Counted from the stretch's first letter, positions 9,261 through 18,546 are shown. The stretch: DNA of 40,000 nt from Tepidiformaceae bacterium (GCA_965231185.1 OZ246422.1:2403650-2443649), one strand, 5' to 3'. The notes: generated by a model from the letters alone, not told the origin. Translations and numbers: made by a program.

Positions 9261-10430
9261 ATGGCAACGTATGTTCCCGCAATGCGCGCCAGGATCGGGG
9301 TTACCGAGTATTTCGTGTCGGTCATGACGCTGGGCGAGGCCGCCCGAATGATCGACTATGCCGAAGAAGTGGACGGCTGGACTTCGGAGACACCTCCGGA
9401 GTTGAAAATGCAGCGAAAGCTGAATAACCAGCGTGTCGAAAAGGAGATGGTGCCCTACCTCGTGGCGAACGATGACCACTTCTACTCTGCGCTGACAGTC
9501 GAGGTCCGCACTATGCGTCGTGGCTGCGAGGCCCTCAACTTTGAGGCAACAGCGCAGTTTCCCGGGGGCATCGACTTCGGCCAGTTGACCCTGGACGGGA
9601 CGGAGTCGCTTTACGCACTCGATGGCCAGCACCGGTTGAAGTCGATTGAAGTTGCGATCAGGCAGCGTCCTGAGCTCGCGGGGGAGCACATCGCCCTCAT
9701 CCTCGTGCCCTTCGACGACATCTCGAAGTCGCAGACCCTCTTCAGCGACCTCAACAGGAATGCGAAGGCCCCCTCCAAGTCCATCTCGCTTCTCTTTGCC
9801 CATCGCGATCCGCACGCGCGCATCGCCAAGCGCGTGTGCGACCAAGCTCCACTGCTGCGAGGTCGCATGAACCTGGAGAGCACGAGCCTCTCGACGAACG
9901 CCCGCCAGTTCATGACGCTCTCGACCTTGTACGAGATGGTACGGACACTCATCGGGGATCTCGCTGATGACATCACCGTTGAAGAGGAGGAGCGCCTCGC
10001 CAGTGATGTCGTCGAAGTAATCGACTGCCTGACCGACGCTATTCCGGCCTGGCGCATGGTCCGTGACGACGAAGAACACCCCGCCTATCTGCGGCAGCGA
10101 CAACTTGTCGGGCACGGTGTTGCCCAGCGAGCGCTCGCCGAAGTCGCGCGGCGCGCACGGGCGCAGTCAGAAACGGGGTGGAAAGATTCACTTAAGCGCT
10201 TAGGCGAGTGTTCAAAAAGCGGCGAGCCCGTGGTAGATTGGCAATTGACCAACCCGGGGTGGCAGAGCGTTGCTCTCCAAGGTGGGCGTGTGAACAACAC
10301 TTCGACCTCTATCCAGCTCCTCTCCGACGAGCTGTCCGGCCTGATCGGCCTTGAATTCGCGAAGGGCGCCCAGCAGGTTAGGCGAGGCGCTTCCCCACCC
10401 GCGGCCGTTCTAGCTCGCCCGCGCACGTAA
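9261..10430 (+). CDS. dpdB: DpdB, DGQHR-domain (DndB-like) partner of DpdA
   Basis: YALDGQHRLKSIEV (DGQHR motif) and QTLFSDLNRNAK. ATG 9261 is preferred over the track start at TTG 9252 because of SD spacing. Confidence 0.8.
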   Translation: MATYVPAMRARIGVTEYFVSVMTLGEAARMIDYAEEVDGWTSETPPELKMQRKLNNQRVEKEMVPYLVANDDHFYSALTVEVRTMRRGCEALNFEATAQFPGGIDFGQLTLDGTESLYALDGQHRLKSIEVAIRQRPELAGEHIALILVPFDDISKSQTLFSDLNRNAKAPSKSISLLFAHRDPHARIAKRVCDQAPLLRGRMNLESTSLSTNARQFMTLSTLYEMVRTLIGDLADDITVEEEERLASDVVEVIDCLTDAIPAWRMVRDDEEHPAYLRQRQLVGHGVAQRALAEVARRARAQSETGWKDSLKRLGECSKSGEPVVDWQLTNPGWQSVALQGGRVNNTSTSIQLLSDELSGLIGLEFAKGAQQVRRGASPPAAVLARPRT

Positions 10431-10442
10431 GGAGCAACCGCC

Positions 10443-10886
10443 ATGTTCATAGACCGCGTCGAAGTCTCGTTCGATGCGGCACACCGGCTAATGGGCTATG
10501 ACGGCAAGTGCGCCTCTCCCCACGGGCATACCTACCGGGCGGAGGTCTTCGTCGGCAGGGCACACCTAGATGACCTCGGCCTCGCCGTTGACTTCGGTGA
10601 GATCAAGAAGCCGCTGAAGCGATGGATTGATGCTCACTGGGATCATGCGTTCCTTCTCAACGACCGTGATGACCTGCTGATAGGCGCTCTTCAAGTAATT
10701 CCGGAGAGCAAGCTGTATTGCTTCCCTGGCCTCAACCCCTCGGCTGAGGTGATGGCGCAAACCCTGTTTTGCGTGATGCGAGCCGAACTCGGGAGCAGTC
10801 TGCTCCGCGTCCGAATTTGGGAAGCGGGGCAGTACGCGGACTACGTCTTGTCCGAGGGCGACATCGACGAAGGAGAACACCTATGA
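10443..10886 (+). CDS. queD: 6-carboxy-5,6,7,8-tetrahydropterin synthase
   Basis: FDAAHRL...GKCASPHGHTY, the Cys/His-Gly-His motif typical of QueD. 147 aa. Its stop overlaps the queC start (ATGA). Confidence 0.9.
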   Translation: MFIDRVEVSFDAAHRLMGYDGKCASPHGHTYRAEVFVGRAHLDDLGLAVDFGEIKKPLKRWIDAHWDHAFLLNDRDDLLIGALQVIPESKLYCFPGLNPSAEVMAQTLFCVMRAELGSSLLRVRIWEAGQYADYVLSEGDIDEGEHL

Positions 10887-11620
10887 CTCGGAAACTTGGA
10901 GTAGTCCTTCTCTCAGGTGGGTTGGATTCGACCACCGTCGCAGCGCAGGCGGTTCAGGAAGGCTACGAAGTGGTCGCGGTCACCGTGCACTACGGACAGG
11001 TGCACAGCAGAGAACTGGATTCGGCAAAGAAGGTCGCCGAGGGGCTGGGACTTCGCCACGAGATCGTGGACGTCTCATTCTTCAGCCGGCTGGCGTGGTA
11101 TTCGGCTCTCACCAGCCCGGATCGCTTCGACATCCCCGAGGGGCGCTCTGTGGAAGAGATGGCTGCGGACATCCCAATCACCTACGTGCCAATGCGGAAC
11201 ACATTCCTGCTCGCCCTGGCATCGTCCTACCTTGAGAGCCACGCCCTGCAGGAACTGGAGCGTGATGGTGGCCCTTCGGAGCCGGTCACGGCGACCCTCT
11301 TCATCGCCGCGAACGCCATCGACTACAGCGGCTATCCGGACTGCCGGCCGGAGTTTTACGAGAGCCTGGCCGAGACGCTTCGCCTGGGGAGCAAGATAGG
11401 GACGCAGTACGGGGTGCCGTTTGAGATAGCGACTCCTCTCCTGCACATGACCAAGGCCGACATTGTGCGCTACGCCGTCGCCATAGATGCCCCGCTCGAT
11501 ATGACGTGGAGTTGCTATGAGGGCGGGGCTGTGCCGTGCGGTCGCTGCGACAGCTGTCTGCTCCGAGCCAAGGGCTTTGCTGAGGCTGGCGTGGCCGACC
11601 CCATCATGGCCTTGGTCTGA
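10883..11620 (+). CDS. queC: 7-cyano-7-deazaguanine (preQ0) synthase
   Basis: Start MTRKLGVVLLSGGLDSTT (PP-loop SGGxDS). C-terminal Cys cluster WSCYEGG..PCGRCDSCLLR. The upstream part of track ORF 10769.. is rejected; SD GAAGGAGAA lies ahead of ATG 10883. Confidence 0.9.
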   Translation: MTRKLGVVLLSGGLDSTTVAAQAVQEGYEVVAVTVHYGQVHSRELDSAKKVAEGLGLRHEIVDVSFFSRLAWYSALTSPDRFDIPEGRSVEEMAADIPITYVPMRNTFLLALASSYLESHALQELERDGGPSEPVTATLFIAANAIDYSGYPDCRPEFYESLAETLRLGSKIGTQYGVPFEIATPLLHMTKADIVRYAVAIDAPLDMTWSCYEGGAVPCGRCDSCLLRAKGFAEAGVADPIMALV

Positions 11621-11623
11621 GAC

Positions 11624-12331
11624 TTGCTGAAACTCGCTCGACTCCCGTCCGGCGAGCCGGAGATCTTCACCTCGATTCAGGGCGAGGGGGCTTCAGCGGG
11701 CCGGCCGAGCACCTTTGTCCGCCTGTCCCTCTGCAACCTCGCCTGTTCGTGGTGTGACACAAAGTACACGTGGGATTGGGAGCGCTACGACCCAAAAGTC
11801 GAGATCACGGCCCTCGACTGCAGTGCGGTCGCTGCCAAGGTCTCTGAACTCGGTGTGGAGAACGTGGTTGTCACTGGTGGCGAGCCACTCATGCAGCAGG
11901 CTCCACTGGCCGAGCTTGCGGGCGACCTCGCACAGCGGGGACACCGCATCGAAGTGGAGACGAACGGCACCTTTACTCCGCGGCCTTCACTAGAGCCCCA
12001 CATCGCGCAGTGGAATGTCTCGCCCAAATTGGCGAACTCGGCCAACCCGATAGAGCGCCGACAGTTGGACGAACCGCTGAAGTGGTTCGCCGCGTCCGAC
12101 AAAGCGTGGTTCAAGTTCGTGGTCGACACACCAGCTGACCTCGAAGAGGTCGACTGTGTGCTAGCCAGGTTCGGGGTTCCGACCGAGCGGGTCATCCTGA
12201 TGCCCCAGGGCACCTCACCCGTAGCCATCCAGCAACGCTCGACGTGGCTCGCCCCCCTGTGTAGTGATCGCGGCTACCGGTTCTCAACGCGCCTGCACAT
12301 CCTGATCTGGGGAGACAAGCGGGGATTCTGA
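11624..12331 (+). CDS. queE: 7-carboxy-7-deazaguanine synthase (radical SAM)
   Basis: IFTSIQGEG, CNLACSWCDTKYTW (Cx3Cx2C) and VVVTGGEPL. TTG start. Confidence 0.9.
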   Translation: MLKLARLPSGEPEIFTSIQGEGASAGRPSTFVRLSLCNLACSWCDTKYTWDWERYDPKVEITALDCSAVAAKVSELGVENVVVTGGEPLMQQAPLAELAGDLAQRGHRIEVETNGTFTPRPSLEPHIAQWNVSPKLANSANPIERRQLDEPLKWFAASDKAWFKFVVDTPADLEEVDCVLARFGVPTERVILMPQGTSPVAIQQRSTWLAPLCSDRGYRFSTRLHILIWGDKRGF

Positions 12332-12346
12332 GAAGAGTTCAGCGCC

Positions 12347-13078
12347 GTGACTATTTTCGCGGAGGCGCACTCTGGAGAGGTGTCTCGAAGACACGCGGTG
12401 GGAGAGAAAGCATATCCTGCGCCTCTCAGCATGGAGCTAGGAGTCGAGTCTCAGCCGATGACAGGGCAGCGCGTCCTAGTGGTCAGCGCGTGCTCGAAAC
12501 GCAAGCTGGGTGACCGGGCGGCGGACCTAGGGTCTGACTCGCTGCTGCCCGCTCGTGAACGCTACGCGGGTCGGGCTCACTGCCGAGTGCGAGAAGCCAT
12601 CGATCGTTGGCGTCGGAGCCGTACTCAGGACCAGATCGAGTGGTCAATCGTCTCCGCTGGGCTTGGCTTGGTCGGCGAGGCTGCTCTGACACCCCTCTAC
12701 GAAGAAGCCTTTTCCGGCATGAGCCCGGCGGCGGCCAAGCGGCGTGGTCTTGAGCTTGAGCTGCCGAGCGGCCTGCGGCGCCGGCTGAAGGCGTTCGACA
12801 CGGCACTGTTCATCTTGCCGCTGGTATACCTCCACGCGGTTGGGGCACCCTTTGAGTCCTCCACTACTCAACTCTACTTCGCGTCCCCCCTGGTCGATCA
12901 GAAGTTCGGCCGGGCCGTAGTCGTCCCGTGCGGCATTGATGATGCACAAGAGTTGAGCGTGTCTCCGCGGGATGTTGGGGCCACCCGATTCGCATCGTTC
13001 GTCGACGATGCCATCGCGCATGGCCTCAACTCGGCACTCAGCACGTGGGACGTGCACCGCGAAGGAGGAGGAACGTGA
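12347..13078 (+). CDS. dpdC: DpdC-like protein (DUF6884-type; candidate enzyme converting preQ0-DNA to ADG-DNA)
   Basis: Sits between queE and dpdA. Core VLVVSACSKRKLG...YAGRAH...WSIVSAGLGLV...PLYEEAFSGMS resembles my memory of the DUF6884/DpdC pattern. Start uncertain (12347 GTG, 12431 or 12458 ATG). Its stop overlaps the dpdA start (GTGA). Confidence 0.5.
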   Translation: MTIFAEAHSGEVSRRHAVGEKAYPAPLSMELGVESQPMTGQRVLVVSACSKRKLGDRAADLGSDSLLPARERYAGRAHCRVREAIDRWRRSRTQDQIEWSIVSAGLGLVGEAALTPLYEEAFSGMSPAAAKRRGLELELPSGLRRRLKAFDTALFILPLVYLHAVGAPFESSTTQLYFASPLVDQKFGRAVVVPCGIDDAQELSVSPRDVGATRFASFVDDAIAHGLNSALSTWDVHREGGGT

Positions 13079-14274
13079 AGTTCTTCCTTCCTGACTGGGA
13101 TGACCGTGTCGACCCGGGATACGACTTCCTAACCGATAGGATGACCCTGCGGCGTGACCCCTACGAGGACGACCGCTACGCCCATGAACTCTTTGCTGAC
13201 CGGCTGTATGACGGAATCTTGGTCTCGCGCATGGCGCTATTCCGCAAGGGACGAAAGCGCGACCGGGTAGAGAAGGTCGGGATGAAGGCTTACCTGCGGA
13301 TGCCTGAGCAGTTGGAACTCTTCGGCGACTGTGGGGCGTTCGGGTACATCGAGCGACGTGATCCGGTCTTCGCGACGGAGGATGTCATCGATCACTATGA
13401 GCGACTGGGCTTCGACTACGGTGTCTCGGTCGACCACATTATTCTTCCGGAGTTTGAGGACCAGCGTGCCTACCGCTTCGACCTCACGCTCAGGAATGCT
13501 GAATCCTTCCTGACGATGCACCGCGAAGGGGGGTTCAACTTCACGCCGGTTGGAGCAGCCCAGGGCTGGGACGAGTGCACCTACGTCGAGGCTGCAAACG
13601 CCCTCGTTGAGATGGGTTACACCTACATTGCCATAGGCGGCCTTGCGCGGAGTAACACTCGCGACATCACCAACGTGCTGACGGCTGTCTCGGGAGTGAC
13701 CGCGGGACGGGCCCAGGTGCACGTCTTTGGCGTAGCCCGAGCCACCTTGCTGCCGCTGCTTATCGAGTTGGGGGTAACCAGCGCCGATAGTGCGGCACCG
13801 TTGCGACAAGCCTGGCTCTCAGCGAAGGACAACTACTACACGCCGGACGGAGCGTACGCGGCCATCCGAATCCCCGTGGCGAAAGAGGGAAGAGGCCTCA
13901 GCGGCTCACTCGTTGGTCGCAGTGAGGCTTCCTTTCAAGATCTCCAGCAAGCGGAACAGGAGGCGCTGGCTGCGGTGCGCGCGTTCGCAGAGCGCAGACT
14001 TGGGATGCGGGAAACGCTCAAGCGCATCAATGCCTATGACTCGATGCTAGGTGCCCGTCCGTACGAAAGCGACGCCCAGCGCAGAAGCCAACTCTACAAG
14101 GAACTCTTGCGCGCTCGTCCCTGGGATCGGTGCCCCTGCCCCATCTGCAGGGAACTTGGCGTTGAGGTGGCAATCTTCCGCGGAAACAACCGGAACAGGC
14201 GTCGTGGGTTCCACAACCTCTGGGTCCTCCGACGCCGTATCGAACGCGAACTCGGCGTGGGAGCCCTTCCGTGA
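13075..14274 (+). CDS. dpdA: DpdA, tRNA-guanine-transglycosylase-like DNA transglycosylase
   Basis: GTG 13075 preceded by SD GAAGGAGGAGG. TIM-barrel TGT-like body (FGDCGAFGY, SVDHIIL, IAIGGLA). TGT zinc site CPCPICRELG...FHNLW (CxCxxC...H). Genomic context with dpdB and queCDE. Confidence 0.85.
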   Translation: MKFFLPDWDDRVDPGYDFLTDRMTLRRDPYEDDRYAHELFADRLYDGILVSRMALFRKGRKRDRVEKVGMKAYLRMPEQLELFGDCGAFGYIERRDPVFATEDVIDHYERLGFDYGVSVDHIILPEFEDQRAYRFDLTLRNAESFLTMHREGGFNFTPVGAAQGWDECTYVEAANALVEMGYTYIAIGGLARSNTRDITNVLTAVSGVTAGRAQVHVFGVARATLLPLLIELGVTSADSAAPLRQAWLSAKDNYYTPDGAYAAIRIPVAKEGRGLSGSLVGRSEASFQDLQQAEQEALAAVRAFAERRLGMRETLKRINAYDSMLGARPYESDAQRRSQLYKELLRARPWDRCPCPICRELGVEVAIFRGNNRNRRRGFHNLWVLRRRIERELGVGALP

Positions 14275-14367
14275 TGACATGGCTCCGAGACAGTCACCTT
14301 GTGGTGGGCATGCAGGGGGAAGTCCAGCCTCCTGCCATAGCTGACTTCTCTCGGCGAGGGGGTACTC

Positions 14368-14937
14368 GTGGCCGGCGCGTCAGGTGAGCCGAGCGGCGGC
14401 CTGCACCCGAAGGCGACTTCCTACGACTGCGCCATGAACCTTCACTCCTTCGTCCGTTGGAGACCGCGGGGACAGTCCTATAGGAGTGAAGGGTGTCGGG
14501 GCTGCGGGGCCCAGTTGATTGACTGGTCCAGGCTGGATCGGCACGACCTCGAGGACATCGACAACACCGTCTCATCCCTGCAGCGAGAGTTGATTAGGCA
14601 CGAGTTCTGGAACAGGCCCCTAGACGCCAGGGCCCTCAATCATGCGAACAGGAAGGGTCGTGGCGGACTGCGCGAGGACGCTGTCCACCGACTGAGCAAG
14701 TACCTCGGCAGACCGAGATCAGAGTTGTCTCGTGACGGCATGCAAACGCCGTTCGCAGGCAACGTTATCTATTACGCCCAGCACGCCACGGCAACATGTT
14801 GTCGGAAGTGCGTCGAGGCATGGCATGGGATCGACCGGGGAAAGCCTCTGGCCTCTGACGAGGTCAGTTACTTGACCGAGTTGGTGATGCACTACATCGA
14901 GAGGAGACTTCCTATCAAAGGCAGTATCTGCCTGTGA
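14368..14937 (+). CDS. DUF4186-like Cys-motif protein with N-terminal CxxC extension
   Basis: C-terminal half DGMQTPFAGNVIYYAQHATATCCRKCVEAWHGI matches my memory of the DUF4186 signature (QHATATCCRxC..WH). Extra CRGCGAQLIDW near the N-terminus. SD-like GAGGGGG lies ahead of GTG 14368. Confidence 0.55.
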   Translation: MAGASGEPSGGLHPKATSYDCAMNLHSFVRWRPRGQSYRSEGCRGCGAQLIDWSRLDRHDLEDIDNTVSSLQRELIRHEFWNRPLDARALNHANRKGRGGLREDAVHRLSKYLGRPRSELSRDGMQTPFAGNVIYYAQHATATCCRKCVEAWHGIDRGKPLASDEVSYLTELVMHYIERRLPIKGSICL

Positions 14938-15132
14938 TTATCCTGCCTGCAGAGAGCCGCTGAGTGGTCAGAGAGTGTCTTCTGTTAGCGGGGTCTGTTA
15001 CCGGCGATTTGGCGGGCTAGGAGAACATCGCGACACTGCTCACCCAAGTGGCTTCAGAGGCTTCGTCCCGGCAAGAGGCCGCCCGGAGCTATCGAACGCA
15101 GGCGTGGTCTACCGTCTGTCTGCCCATACGGC

Positions 15133-17502
15133 TTGATGGTGGGAGACTCTGCAGGGAGCCTCTCGCTGTCTCATCGGTGGTGGGGGAATCGCCACTACGG
15201 GTATGTATGCATGCAGTTGGCCCAATTCGTTGAGTTCGCTTCAGGGTCGCTCCACATCGATCTGAGCGAGGGGTCACCGCACAGGGAGTTGCTGTCGGCC
15301 AGGCCCCGCAACCTCCACATCGTCGCCGGACCAGGCACCGGGAAGACTTCTGCGCTTGCGCTGCTCGCCCTCAAGGCGATCTTCGTCGACGGTCATCCCA
15401 CAGCAGCGATTATCGCTACCACGTTCACTCGCAAGGCTGCCCGAGAGCTGGCTTCCCGGATCACCGAAGGCCTGCACGAACTGCTCCGGGCGACGCAGCA
15501 ACCGATCGACGCGCCAGCCTTCGACGTGTCGCGAATTCGCATCGGAACGATCGACCAAATCTGTCACAGCGCGCTTGTCGAGCGTCAACTGGGCGTTCTA
15601 GCGGACCAACTCGTACAGAACGGAACGATGACGCAGGCGGCATTCAATAGCCAAATTGCGCGCGCTGGCACCAACGACGAACTGCGGGTTCCCCTGCTCG
15701 CCGAGATGGAAGAACTCTTCGGTGGCGGCCGAGGCGGAGCACGCCTCTCGATGATCCGAGCCCGGCTCTCGACGGTGCGTGAGCGCATAGGACAGGACCA
15801 AATCGATAGGGAGCTCTGGTCGGCGTCGGGAGATGGGCCCTCAGCCGTAGCTCAGGTGCTGAGTGCCTACGATGACCAGTTGGCCGGCGACGGACGCCTC
15901 GACTTCATTTCGGTCGAAGAGGAGTTCCGAGGTGGGCTCGCCGACGGCTCGCTCTCCGACTGGCTCGAGCCAGTGAGAGTGTTGCTCGTCGATGAGTACC
16001 AGGACACAAACGCCCTCCAAGAGTCGATCTACCAGCCTGTCGCGGCGCACGCGACCGACAACGGCGGCTGGATCGCACTCGTCGGTGATGACGACCAGTC
16101 GCTCTTCCGATTCCGCGGCGCAACCGTCGAGTTGTTCGTGGACGCTCCATCAAGATTCGAGCAGGCCGTCTCGGGCATGCCGATTGAGACGCTGCCGCTC
16201 AACATCAACCGGCGCTCGTCGCTGCCTATCGTCAACTTCGCCAACCGTTACGTACGGCTCGACAGTGCGTATCAGGCTGCGCGCGTACCCAGTAAGCCCG
16301 ATCTCGTCGGCTCTAACGCACGCAACAATTGGTCGATTTCCGACGGAATCCCCGTTCTCGGACTATTCAGGCCCAACGCGGACGAACTCGGAGACGAAGT
16401 GGCCCGTCTAATCGAAGCGATTCTTGGGGATGGTCTCGACGTTCCGGGTGCCGCGGAACCGATCCGGCAGCAGCAACCGGGTGATATTGCTGTGATCGGC
16501 TTCTCAACGAGGCGGAATTCCGGCGACCGACGACGCACCTACGACTTCCTCGAGGACCGACTGTCCGCGCTCGACCCGGCCGTAACTCTATTCAACCCCC
16601 GCGGCGTGCAGTTGCATGAGATGCCGTCGGTGCAGCGACTGCTCGGGCTCGCGCTCCTATGCCTCGATAGCGAGGGTAGCCACGCGCCTCCCGCCATTGA
16701 GCGGGAAGTGCGGCCCCGGATCGGGTCGTGGCGTGAAAAGGCGGCCGACTTTCTTGCCTCTGCTCCAGAGCCGAACACCCCGCACGGGCTCGATGACTTC
16801 GTTTCTGCTTGGCAAGATCGCCAACCTCAGCGCTCTGGGGGTTGGCCAAGAGCGTTCCCGGTGATGGAGCTACTACACGAACTCTCGACTTGGCTGCCGG
16901 AGTTGCACCGGAGCCCAGGCGTCATCTACTGGGAGGCGCTTACGCGTACCCTCGCGAGCGTTTCCTCCTTCTACGGAGCGAATGCCGGACTGATTCGCGC
17001 TAACGATTGGGATGCTGCCGTCACGCGGCTTTACCATCGGTTCTTCATCCCCATTGCGCGCGGCGAAGTGGATCTCGACGAAGACGTTCTCGAGTCCCTT
17101 CCCCTCGATGCGATCAATGCGCTGACGGTACACCAGGCAAAAGGGCTCGAATTTCCGGTCTGTCTGGTTGACGTCGGCTCCGACTTCCGCAGGAACTTCG
17201 CCGTGCAAGCGTTCGCGCGATTTCCCCGGCCCGACAAGACCTTCGCCCCGTACACACTCGAGGACAGATTGCGGCCCTTCGCCACCGGCGCACCTCCGAC
17301 GATGGAGCGGGAGGCGCTCGATCGGGCCTTCGACGATATCGTGCGCCGCAGCTTCGTCGCTTGCACGCGGGCTCAGCACATGTTGGTGCTCTTCGGCTGT
17401 GGAGAGCCCGGAGCGGGCCCCAATAGGGTGCCCAATGTGGGCACGGGATGGTGCCGCGATGGCACTAACGGGTGGGATTCACTAGGGGTCACACTGATAT
17501 GA
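15133..17502 (+). CDS. UvrD/Rep-family superfamily-1 helicase
   Basis: IVAGPGTGKTS (motif I), LLVDEYQDTNALQ (II), LVGDDDQSLFRFRGA (III), TVHQAKGLEFPVCLV (V), FVACTRAQHMLVLF (VI). Start uncertain (15133 TTG, 15136 ATG or 15211 ATG). Confidence 0.85.
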   Translation: MMVGDSAGSLSLSHRWWGNRHYGYVCMQLAQFVEFASGSLHIDLSEGSPHRELLSARPRNLHIVAGPGTGKTSALALLALKAIFVDGHPTAAIIATTFTRKAARELASRITEGLHELLRATQQPIDAPAFDVSRIRIGTIDQICHSALVERQLGVLADQLVQNGTMTQAAFNSQIARAGTNDELRVPLLAEMEELFGGGRGGARLSMIRARLSTVRERIGQDQIDRELWSASGDGPSAVAQVLSAYDDQLAGDGRLDFISVEEEFRGGLADGSLSDWLEPVRVLLVDEYQDTNALQESIYQPVAAHATDNGGWIALVGDDDQSLFRFRGATVELFVDAPSRFEQAVSGMPIETLPLNINRRSSLPIVNFANRYVRLDSAYQAARVPSKPDLVGSNARNNWSISDGIPVLGLFRPNADELGDEVARLIEAILGDGLDVPGAAEPIRQQQPGDIAVIGFSTRRNSGDRRRTYDFLEDRLSALDPAVTLFNPRGVQLHEMPSVQRLLGLALLCLDSEGSHAPPAIEREVRPRIGSWREKAADFLASAPEPNTPHGLDDFVSAWQDRQPQRSGGWPRAFPVMELLHELSTWLPELHRSPGVIYWEALTRTLASVSSFYGANAGLIRANDWDAAVTRLYHRFFIPIARGEVDLDEDVLESLPLDAINALTVHQAKGLEFPVCLVDVGSDFRRNFAVQAFARFPRPDKTFAPYTLEDRLRPFATGAPPTMEREALDRAFDDIVRRSFVACTRAQHMLVLFGCGEPGAGPNRVPNVGTGWCRDGTNGWDSLGVTLI

Positions 17503-18542
17503 GCACATTTCAGCCGAGACGGACCGGGCGAGTGATCCCTGTCTACAGCCTGACCGGCGATCTTCTGAACTACGAGCGGTGCCCATTGCAATACCGACTC
17601 TTCACGCGCACGGGCGTGCGCGAGTCCCACCCGACCCAGCGCTGGTACGGTCAGTTCTTGCATCGAGGAATGCGCGTTGCGTACGAACAATGGAAGGACG
17701 AGTCCGTCGGTCCCGAAATGTACGAGTGGGAGTCGGATACTGGAAATGAACCATTCCAGTCGTTGATAGACGAGGTGATGCGTACTCTCCGGGCCGAAGG
17801 TTTGTATCGGCCTGGCAACATGGGTGATGTGGCCGAGAGGCGCCTATTGCGGACCGTACGCTTGCTGGGAACACACCTCTTCCCCCTCATCGAGAGGTCG
17901 GAAGTGAGACTAGATGCGGTCCGCGAATACTCCGCTGGTGCAGCAAGTCTGTACCAAGTCACGGGGGTCGTAGACGTACTGGCAGTCGCACGTTTCGGAG
18001 AGCCGGGCAAAAACGTATTCGTCGATCTGATCCGCGATGGCCTAGAGCAGGCGGGGCACGCAGTGGGCACCGTCGGGGAGATCGTTGTTGACTATAAAGG
18101 CATCACGCGCGAGCGACTGGAACGCGACTACGAAGCTGCGCGCAGCCAGATACTGACCTACGGATGGCTCCGGAACCGCGAAGCTGACGAGGACGTGGTT
18201 CGCGCCGGCGTACTCTGCACCGTCGACGATCTGCTGCCTGACGGCGCGGACGCGAATGTCACGCCGCAGGGAGACGAGGCCAGAGAACTCCTCGGTGCCG
18301 CGATCAGTGCCGTGCCGGTGTCGAAAAACCTCATCGCCGCCGGTACAAGCTTCTTCGATTCCACGGTCGCTCAGATCGAGAACTCCCTCGCTAGCGAGTC
18401 GGTCGGCAACCTTCCGGCAGTGTGGGAGCCACGGCCGGAGCGGCGCACGTGTGTCACATGCGATGCGAGGTGGCATTGCCCGGCGAGTGACATGGGAGAC
18501 GGTGTGCCACCGACTCGTCCCCTGGCTCCGTCGGCACCCTAG
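17499..18542 (+). CDS. Cas4/AddB-like PD-(D/E)XK nuclease with predicted 4Fe-4S Cys arrangement
   Basis: ATG 17499 overlaps the helicase stop (ATGA). N-terminal Cys NYERCPLQYRL, IVVDYKG (D/ExK), QILTYGWL (QxxxY), C-terminal CVTCDARWHC (Cx2Cx5C). Confidence 0.8.
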   Translation: MSTFQPRRTGRVIPVYSLTGDLLNYERCPLQYRLFTRTGVRESHPTQRWYGQFLHRGMRVAYEQWKDESVGPEMYEWESDTGNEPFQSLIDEVMRTLRAEGLYRPGNMGDVAERRLLRTVRLLGTHLFPLIERSEVRLDAVREYSAGAASLYQVTGVVDVLAVARFGEPGKNVFVDLIRDGLEQAGHAVGTVGEIVVDYKGITRERLERDYEAARSQILTYGWLRNREADEDVVRAGVLCTVDDLLPDGADANVTPQGDEARELLGAAISAVPVSKNLIAAGTSFFDSTVAQIENSLASESVGNLPAVWEPRPERRTCVTCDARWHCPASDMGDGVPPTRPLAPSAP

Positions 18543-18546
18543 CTAG

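Noticed and set aside
15133-18542. Gabija or AddAB/AdnAB assignment for the helicase-nuclease pair
   Set aside because: There is no OLD-family ATPase/Toprim partner for Gabija. The helicase lacks a fused nuclease domain, and the nuclease subunit (347 aa) is far shorter than AddB or AdnA. The pair is left as an unclassified module.
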